The notes under the pieces were generated by a model. It ran no database searches and had not been told where the DNA came from. It was given only the letters and a program-made list of their open reading frames with translations. Positions 53,721 through 64,000 of a stretch of DNA of 64,000 bases are shown here, piece after piece (position 1 is the first letter of the stretch; every line of letters begins with the position of its first letter). A program made the translations under genes and the position numbers. This DNA is from Eledone cirrhosa (taxonomy: Eukaryota). The DNA lies in assembly GCA_964016885.1 (NCBI GenBank), contig OZ024741.1, forward strand, positions 92,814,001 to 92,878,000, in the 5' to 3' direction.

Positions 53721-54419
53721 GTAACTGTACTCGCTCCTTTCGAGGCGGACCTTCTTGACTTAGCCGCTAATAAGTCCCATGATAGGCTTCATACAATGGG
53801 ATCCAGTTTAAGGTAACGTTTTAGAGCTAGATGGCGTTCCTGGTGCCAACCCTTTTAGTTACCTATTACAGCACTAGGTATGTTATACTTTATTCGCAAC
53901 CAGATACACACAGCATAAAGAGATGTAAGTAAATACCACAAGGAATTTTGTCTGATATCCTAACGATTCTACCAATCAGCTGTACCAATTAATTGTTGCC
54001 AGGTAATTATCAAATGGACACTACAAATATTTGGCAATGGTTCAATAGCTTTTCCACCTTGTTTGGAAACAAATATTATAATTTTACTTGTGGACTCAGC
54101 CATAACATTTATGTAGTCATTGGTTTACTAATTGCCAGACACTCGTATGGTTGGCTCTGAACCGCAGCTTAATCACGTCTTGTTTGAACATGATGTTCAC
54201 ACCAAACAACGGCACACACTTGTTTAAAAAATGTATTTAATTAACCCCTTCACTACCATAGTTCTAATGAAAGATGCTGCCTTTGATATTGACGGATTTA
54301 CGATAGTAATATAACTAACCTTCTCATTATTAAGAACACTAGCATGTGTAGTGTGCATATTGGTATTATAAATATATATGCATATAGATATATGTAAATT
54401 GAAAAGTAAATTGACAATA

Positions 54420-55050
54420 TCTTCTTCTTCACCCATTTATTTCTGAGAGGGTCGTGGGCGCAGAGTTCTTCTCAAACACTCCTTCCAGCGAGTATGTCAG
54501 TAGCAAACATCTCTAACTGATCCAGCTGGATTCCAAAGCGTGACCAGCCAAGCTCATGGATGTGATTCAACTATCTTGCTCAGGGTCTACCTCTGGGTCT
54601 CTTGCCGGTTGGTTTTGCCTGTAAAATGTGCCCAGCGATTCTTTACTGAGGCACTCTAACCACATGCTCATAATATCGGAGTTGTGATCTCTCTATCCAG
54701 AGAAGTAGCGGCTCTACCAGGAGTGACTCTCTGGTCTCTGAGTTACGCACTTCATCGAGTAACGTTACTCCAAAGACTCTTCGGAGGAATCCCATTTCTG
54801 CCGCTTTTATTTACAATTTGGTCATTACTCAAGATTCACGATCCTCGGTAAGAGTTGGCAGGAATACCAGGAAGACAGCGAGTTTGGCTTTTACATCTAC
54901 CCCCCTATCTGATTGCTGAGGATGGCGTTTTACTGCATCAGCTTTTGCAATTCTTGCACTTAATTCAGCCTCCTGCATTCCATCACTCATGAACACGGCT
55001 CCAAGATACTTGAACTTCTCTAACTGCTTCAGTAGAACTCCATTCACATG
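54420..55050 (-). mobile_element. RTE-like LINE 3' fragment with (GAA)n tail
   Basis: LKQLEKFKYLGAVF..; same family as 35575-36158. Confidence 0.75.
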
Positions 55051-55202
55051 TATATAAATTTGAGGGACTTCTGTCCACTCGTCCATCACGCAATGTGTAT
55101 GTGTGTTTGTGTGAATGTATGTGTGTGTAAAAGGAAGGAAAGGGATACACACATAAATGTCTCTAACTTAAAAACAGTGACACACACACACTGTCCTATT
55201 AC

Positions 55203-55802
55203 CACTCAAGAGCTTTGGCCCGGGCAAATATCCCCTCAATTTTGGAACCGTCTGGGTTGTCCTGAATTAATGGGAAAAGACTTGACGGTCTTACTCTGTG
55301 CTCCTGGTCAAGAGGCAGGTGCTTTACCTGGGACGTCACCGTTAGTGACTCTTTTGCTTCTTCCCACATTCTGGTTGCAGTGGTAAGGGTGAGAGCTACA
55401 GCATCCGCAGCTGAACGGAACAAAATCCTAAAATACCGTGTTCTGTCAGCTAACTACATTATCCAGCCTGTGGCGTTCGAGACGTTTGAGGGAGTCGGGC
55501 TACTGACAGCGAGGTTCTCATCTTCACTGGCAGCTCGCCAAACAGAGGTAACTGGTGATACTCGTGAGAGCACTTGGTTGTTCCAGTACCTCAGCCTCGC
55601 CATCACCCCAGGTAACGCTGCGAGCGTGCTGGCTTGCCTCAAAAATTATTAGAGAGGTTTCCCAGTGCTCCTCATTATATTGCTATCTTTTGCTCTGGTA
55701 GCGGCTCGTTTTACCACTCTTTCGCCTGCATATTGTTCTGTGGTCTAAGATGTATGTATTACCTTCTTGTGTATTATTTCTCTTTCCTTTGTATATATTA
55801 TA
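55203..55802 (+). mobile_element. CRE-clade LINE 3' fragment; its tail resumes at about 58879-58908
   Basis: AAERNKILKY..PVAFETF..WLFQYLSLAI.PGNAASV. Matches 44695-44820. Confidence 0.75.
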
Positions 55803-56962
<1,160 letters not shown>

Positions 56963-57787
56963 CTAGCAGCTGAGCCCGGTTGCACCCGGGACCACTTTTT
57001 ATTAAGTTAATAATTTGAAAAATATTATTGAAAGTTTATTATAAAGAAGCAGTTTCAGGAAAAAAAAATAGAAATATGCACTTGGGGCTGGACGGCGTAC
57101 AATGAGAAGTGGAGCGACGTGAAAAGCGTTGTTTATTAACAGCGAAATATCAATGTCGATGATATGCAATTTGAAAAATACTACTTACTGTTAGTGGTGG
57201 TTAACATGTATTTGAATTAAAATAAAAACACGCGTCCCTTCTTCGCAATTTAAGGGTTTTATTTCTTTTGATGGAAAACAGTGACCGTACTGCAGAATCG
57301 ATTTCATAAAACGGTACTGTATGATCGTTAAATGTAGAAGGATGATAGTTTATTAACAGCGAAATAGCAATGTCGATGATATGCAAGTTTAAAAATGCAT
57401 ATTATGAAGGTTTGTATGATAGTTTACACTTTTTCCTGAAACTGCTTCTTTATAATAAACTTTCAATAATATTTTTCAAATTATTGGTACTGTATGTTAA
57501 CAGCGAAAGAACGTTGATGAGTTTTAAAATGTGTATGAAATTGTAAAGAACTCAGCCAAGTATTAGAACAGGGGGAAATAACTCACCGAACGCGATAGTA
57601 AATAGACCGTTTGGGGGCCCTAGGGACCACATTTTTCAAGTTAGAGATTTGAAACCTCGTCTATTTGCTTCCTTGGCACTTTTTACATAAGTGTGTAAAT
57701 TTTCATGTCCATCCGACCACGTCTACTACCATTTAACTGTGCACATCTGAATTTCAACCACCACCCATTTCACAAATATATATTAGA
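56963..57787 (-). mobile_element. Non-autonomous Helitron 2 of tandem array
   Basis: Hairpin CCCGG/CCGGG next to CTAG, 5' TCTAATATAT, and an internal 55-bp inverted repeat (57009-57063/57431-57485). Confidence 0.8.
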
Positions 57788-58878
57788 CTAGGAGCGGTAC
57801 CCGGCGTTGCTCGGATATTAAATAGCAGTTGTGTATACCATTTATGTCAATACTTCAGTGCTGCTTCGAAAACTATACTTTTACAAAATCATCGGCTTTT
57901 TCCAAAAGGGGGTTCCTGCCCCCAGGAGTCCCCTACTCAATATGTGCCAATTCTGAGAGTTCACATTCATCTGTAGGACAAACGTAGCCCATGTGTCAAG
58001 TTTTGTGAAAATCGGTTGCGAACTCCAGAAGTTATGACGTTTTGTTGCATTGCACTGCAGTGCTTCAGTCGACTCCAAGGAAGTGGTTAAAGTGGTTAAA
58101 GGGGTTATCTGCCGGGGGGCCCTATAATCAATATCTGGAAAAATGACAGTGCCCATGACCATCCGGAGTACATAAGTAACCTATGTCTTAGGTTTGGTGA
58201 AAATACTGTAGAAATGCATAAGATTTATACATACGCGCGTGCGTTCGTGTGTGTGTGTGTCTGTGTGTGTGTTTGTTTGTGTGTGTGTGTGTATGTATTT
58301 GTGTGTGCGTATGTATGTGTACGACCGTCGGGGCATACGTATGTACTGGTCTAAATCTTCACTATTTACTTTTACTATTTTAATAACCTCTGACATTTTC
58401 GTTTTCAATTTTATTTACATCATTCTTAAACTCCGGGGCTGGAAATCATTCTGTTATTTAAAATAGAATATTAGTCTAACGACTCCATTTATACCATAAA
58501 CTTGGTCTTGTCTTTGCATGAAATTGTTCTACATGCTTCACATAACGACGTATTATCCTCGCTTTTTTCCCGTTCATCGCCAGGGAACGTCTTCACGAAC
58601 AAAATATCGTCTTCCTGTTTTCGTTCGGTTGCAACGTTTCTCGAAATATTTACTTCTGCGTTCACAGATTACTCTCAGTTCAATTTGAATGGGAAATTCC
58701 TGTTTCATCGATTTTCTCCGTAACCATAGAGGCTTGTAGCTTGAAAGTCGACCCAACGCCTCCTCGGGTCATTCTGCACAACTGTGTAAATTTTCGCTGC
58801 ATTCCACCAAACCGTTTCGACGTTTTCCGACTACACCTGCATATACAACGTCCGACCACTTCCAATTTATATAGTAGA
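57788..58878 (-). mobile_element. Non-autonomous Helitron 3 of tandem array
   Basis: The 3' ~740 bp is shared with Helitron 1, but the 5' part (TCTACTATAT) differs. Confidence 0.8.
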
Positions 58879-59847
58879 TTTGTTTATATATGAATGACAA
58901 AAAAAAAAGTACAAAACTATACATGAATTGTTTCTACTAAACCTTCAATTTAAGACACAACCTACATATTTGATAGGACTCCAGCTCACACCTTCTTCTT
59001 CTTCTTCTTTTGCTCCCCCTGAAACATTGGGCTACGAGCCATCCCCACACAACGCCATGTTCTGAATCTGCTTTTCAACTCCACCGTGATGCACGGTGCA
59101 TTCATGGTGTATCTAACCATTTTTTTAGGTCTTACTACGGCTGATTTCTTCCAGAGAGAAAGAAAGAGATGGAAAAAGGCAGAGAAGATTCATCCCCGGA
59201 GGAATAAGATAAATGTTTACACTGCACATTTCATTTTTTCAAAGCTAAAGCTGCCGATCCAAAATCAGTAATTCAACTCCCTGAAAACTTTCAAATATAT
59301 GCTGTTCTAGCATGAATATTATGCTAAGGGACAGCTGTCCACAAAGTACGATTTACTTGCATATCCCCGCTCATATAAACACATAAATACATGCATACAT
59401 ACATTACAGTTGATATTTTTTTTAATTAAAGCGTTTTCATATTATATATATATATATATATATATATGTATTGAAGTTTCCGTTGAAAATAGAAAAAGTC
59501 ATAGGAGTGAAGAGTGCTCTATGTAAGTACCAGAGCCTTCATATTCTTATAATGTATCTAATACCCTGTTTTTTCTGTATACCTGTCAACCAGACATTCA
59601 CATCATGTCATGTCTATGTCTATCGTTACATATACACAGATATACTTGCCCTCATAAATATATTTACGCACACATTTTCACTATACACACACATTTGTAC
59701 ATACATGCTTGTGTATATCTGTGAGTGTATATACATACATATACACACACCTAACTATATTTTTTAAAAGATCTTTTTATATATTTTATATGTCTATTTT
59801 TCTTGCATTTCTTGAGGAGACTTTCCAAATATTTATCTATGTTTTAT

Positions 59848-59925
59848 ATTGCCTCGTCCGACGAACGAATGAAGACGTTTCTTTCGTATTCGTCTTATTC
59901 GGGAAACCTCTGATAATGAGGTAAT
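59848..59925 (+). ncRNA. Decayed hammerhead motif
   Basis: 10-bp stem I ATTGCCTCGT/ATGAGGTAAT, core CCGACGA (U4 mutated), stem II CGAAT-AAGACG/CGTCTT-ATTCG, then GAAA...ATA. Confidence 0.5.
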
Positions 59926-60097
59926 TATTTTGTATTGTTTCTATACATTATATATATATATATATATGCAAAAGTTCTATTTAAATTGTTGGGATACAAC
60001 AAATAAATATTTTTATAACTGATATAAAGCACTCGACAAGTATTTGGAGTAGATATACGATATTAACAAATGGAAACTATATTTATAAAACCATATT

Positions 60098-60160
60098 TAT
60101 TTCATTATACATATTTCAAGGATACCAAGTTAAATTATGGTATGCCTTCATCAAACAAAA
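60098..60160 (-). ncRNA. Decayed hammerhead, relative of 51040-51102
   Basis: TTGATGA-AGGcATACCA..TGGTATCCTT-GAAA-TATGT-ATA. Flanks resemble 50950-51040 and an AT-rich tract follows. Confidence 0.5.
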
Positions 60161-61739
60161 TACAATATATACCAGTTTTATAAATAAACATTGACGTACC
60201 CTTTCAAAATGCGACCGTTACTTTTGGAAGACATCAGGATAGTGGTTTGTTTACTTTAGTAAATCGTAGTGTTAAGGATAAGTAAAAAGACGGAGAGAGA
60301 GAGAAACGTGGAGAAAAGAAAGGGAGAGATAAATAAAGAACAAGAGGAAAGAAAAAAGAAAACAGAGGAAAACAACAGAGAGATGTCAAACCACCAGACA
60401 GAGAGAAAAAATTCAAGAGAGAGAAATATAGAGATAGAGAGAGGGGGAGAGAACGAAAACCTTAAGTCATGTCATATTAAGTTTAGTTAACAATTGAGAT
60501 GAAATGAATAAATAAAATTAGAAATATTAATATTCATGAATGGAATATACGTATATAATATGAGAAATTAATCATTGTTTAATTATGATTAGATATTTAG
60601 TTTAAAAATTGAGATCAATATATTAAAAATTGGAATTTAAACATCACAAAATATATATATTGCTAGAGAAATTACCTATCGTATAGCACGTACATATAGG
60701 CAAAGATACATAAATATATATATACACACACACACTCAGAAAATACACACTATATCTACTCCCGCATATAATATATACATACAAAGCATAAGTGATTTTT
60801 TTTATTACTGCTATACATTCCTTGTGTTATTAAATAAAAAATTTTAGTATATATATATAAATATATAGGATTAACTTTCATGCATTTATGGCTGTTAAAA
60901 TCATGCATATCTGCAATCAAAAGTGCATGGGTAAGCATGTACATGTACACACACAATTCCTAGCTATACATATATAAATATGTGTGTGCATCTTCACCCA
61001 ATTGGTAGACACGCGTCACTCATGCATATATACAGACAGACATATAATCATAAAAAGCATATAACACATGTATATGTATGTTAATACACATATATAGATA
61101 CATAGTCGTATAGAGATAAGTACATCAATATATTACATAGTACAATTGAGTATATAAAATACAAAAGGATTAAATTTTGGAAATATAATTGTATCAATAT
61201 AACTTAAAAGACAAACGAATTCTACAAATATCAAAATATTAAAATATTATAGAATATCTTAAGTTAAAATAATATGTTTAATAGATTTAGTATAGAAATT
61301 TATCTTACGTATATTTTAATCAAGATATTGAAAGGATAAACTTTTGAAAATTATGAGAAGCTATCAGAATAAAAACAAACCTAATAAAAAAATAAATAAA
61401 ATATTATATCAATATAACTTAAAAAACAAGGATTCTACAGATATCAAAATATTAAAATATTTTAAAATATTATAGAATATTTTAAGCTAAAATAATATGT
61501 TTAATATATTTAGTATAGAAATTTATCTTAAGTATATTTTATTTAAGATATTGAAAGGATAGACATTTCTAGAGTAGTTTATTATATCTATATTTATATT
61601 TAGGAAGAAAATTTATACTTGAGTATTTAACCAAAGAAAATGAAAAAGGTGAAGGAATATAATGATTTATCGACAGGTTTCATATATTAACCAAATTACT
61701 TAATTAATTATACTACATTTTAAATTTATATTTATATTT

Positions 61740-62185
61740 ATGTCTGGTGGCTGTGAGGGAGCCTCTCATGCAATCAGGCAGTTCTTCAGCAGCTGCCCAT
61801 CGGTACTGGCATCCAGGGACTCCAGGCACCTCATTGTCAAGCTTGACATGAGGAATGCCTTTAATTCTTTACACCGGGATCATCTGCTCGAGGCCTGCCT
61901 CAGCCGAGCCCCCTCTGCCTACCCGCTGGCCTACCTATCATATGGAGCCCCGAGCATGCTCCTAGCTGCTGATACGGTTATACCCTCGGCTACTGGGGAC
62001 CCCTCCTGTTCGCCCTTGGTATTGACCACATCGCCCAGAGTATCACAGCCCCTCTCAACATTTGGTATCTGGATGATGCTACATTGGGCGGGCGCGTACG
62101 GACGGTCTGCCAAAACCTTCAATCGGTCAACTCGGCCAAGTCGGAGGTGGTGAACGTCAGCCTCGATGCTGCGAGCTTTGCGGCC
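61740..62185 (+). mobile_element. CRE-clade LINE RT fragment
   Basis: GGCEGASHAIR..KLDMRNAFNSLHRD..; LNIWYLDDATLGG in another frame. Confidence 0.8.
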
Positions 62186-62315
62186 TCGTCTATTTGGTTC
62201 CTTGGCACTTTTTACATAGGTGTGTAAATTTTCATGTCAGTCCGACCACGTCTACTACCATTTAACCGTACACATTTGAATTTCAACCACCGCCCATTTC
62301 ACTAATATATATTAG
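62185..62315 (-). mobile_element. Helitron 5' fragment
   Basis: Near copy of 57655-57787. Confidence 0.7.
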
Positions 62316-63326
62316 ATTTGTTAGTGTTTTCGTTCTGTAACCATTATATTAAATGAGTTTTTAAAAAAAAGTTAATAAATAAATAAAACGTTATACTTGT
62401 TTTACCCTCCCATTTCCACTTCACCGAACGCTATCATGACTGTATGTGTGTGTTTGTGTAAATGTATATGTGTGAATGTATGTATATTTGTGTGAAAGTA
62501 TGTGTGAATGTATGTATATTTGTGTGAAAGTATATGTGAATGTATGCGTGTTTGTGTAAATGTATTTGTGTGAAAGTAGGTGTATTTGTGTGGATGTATG
62601 TGTATTTATGTGAATGTATGTCCGTGTATTTTTATAAGTTTGTGTTTGCGCGATTATAGTTATATACTCATACATATAGATGTATGTATGTATGTACACA
62701 CTCATACGCGACAGCGTGTAGAAAATCATAATCTCTCTATCTCTCTTTCTATATATATGGTAGCTGTGGTGGTGGTGGCAACGATATACCGGAAGTACAA
62801 CTTTGAAAAGAAGTCAATTTTAAATTATTTATTTTTACGAAATTATTTGTTTACGAGATTTAGTACATAAATTATGTAATATTCATTCATTATTTATTCA
62901 AAGTAATCCAACTTATTTTACTAACTGGATTAAAAGAAATAAACCGTATGCAGTCCTGCAGACCTTAGTTTATTATAGTTTAGATAACAAAGGTCCTGGC
63001 ATAAAATTATGATGGAAGGTTTTATATAAATATAATCATTTAAAAATAAACAGCTTTATATCATAGTGGTACATGATAGATGATGGTAATGGTGATAATA
63101 ATGATTATGTTTAAACTTAGATCAATGATAAGAAGTGTTCCTGCTGTTAACAGAATACCTTGTGGTTTTTTTGGTTTGTTTTCGGATGTAGTCTATCTAG
63201 GACTACATTATCCAATGTGTCCTTGCTTCTTAAGATGGTATACTATGATTTTAGAACAGCAGTTTTCCAGCCTTTATGAAAACCTTTTGAAAGCAGGGCC
63301 CCATGGTAAAATTCATTTAACCTTTC

Positions 63327-64000
63327 TGATAGTAAACCACATAGGGCCATCCATGGTTCTATGATAGCAAACCACCTAAGGCCATCCCTGGTTATATGAT
63401 AGTAAACCACCTAAGACCATATCTGGTTCTATGATAGTAAACCACCTAATGCCATCCTTAGTTCTATGATACTAAACCAATTAAGGCCATCTCTGGTTCT
63501 ATGATACTAAACCACCTAAGGCCATCTTTGGTTCTATGATAGTAAACCACCTAAGGCCATCTCTGGTTCTATGATAGTAAACCACCTAAGGCCATCTCTG
63601 GTTCTATGATACTAAACCACCTAAGGCCATCTCTGGTTCTATGATAGTAAACCACCGAAAGCCATCTCTGGTTCTATGATAGTAAACCACCTAAGGCCAT
63701 CTCTGGTTCTATGATAGTAAACCAGCTAAGGCCATCTCTGGTTCTATGATAGTAAACCACCTAAGGCCATCTCTGGTTCTATGATAGTAAACCACCTAAG
63801 GCCATCTCTGGTTCTATGATAGTAAACCACCGAAAGCCATCTCTGGTTCTATGATAGTAAACCACCTAAAGCCATCCCTGGTTCTATGATACTAAACAAC
63901 CTAAAGCCATCCATGGTTCTATGATACTAAACCACCTAATGCCATCTCTCGTTCTATGATAGTAAACCACCTAAGGCCATCTCTCGTTCTATGATAGTAA
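63327..64000. repeat. 35-bp minisatellite, about 19 copies, runs off the window
   Basis: Unit GTTCTATGATAGTAAACCACCTAAGGCCATCTCTG. Confidence 0.95.

Noticed and set aside
63327-64000. CRISPR-like array (35-bp repeats)
   Set aside because: The repeats are contiguous with no unique spacers, there are no cas genes, and the context is eukaryotic.

Overview
Repeat-dense animal genomic DNA. The long (AT)n/(GT)n/(CATA)n microsatellites, the tRNA-derived SINE families and the retroelement mix suggest an octopus or other coleoid cephalopod (inference). The only host-gene sequence recognised is two tandem, homologous, large first exons of an aquaporin (42052-42723 and 45987-46652). Each has its own promoter-like region and ends at the same phase-0 GT donor, and no second-NPA exon is visible between or after them. 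Both have non-canonical ar/R filter residues. The rest is nested mobile DNA: a near full-length RTE LINE with three C2H2 fingers, R4/Dong, Tx1/L1, CRE and CR1 LINE fragments, a full-length decayed Chapaev3-type DNA transposon, a MULE remnant, several non-autonomous Helitrons, SINEs and many Penelope-like element (PLE) pieces. Reading for RNA structure by hand gives about 8 intact and about 5 decayed type I hammerhead ribozyme motifs at PLE ends. These include a non-coding 593-nt unit bounded by two U3-A8 variant hammerheads (retrozyme-like), nested inside a 6.5 kb PLE palindrome. A 35-bp minisatellite ends the window. All structures were derived by eye; no searches were run.
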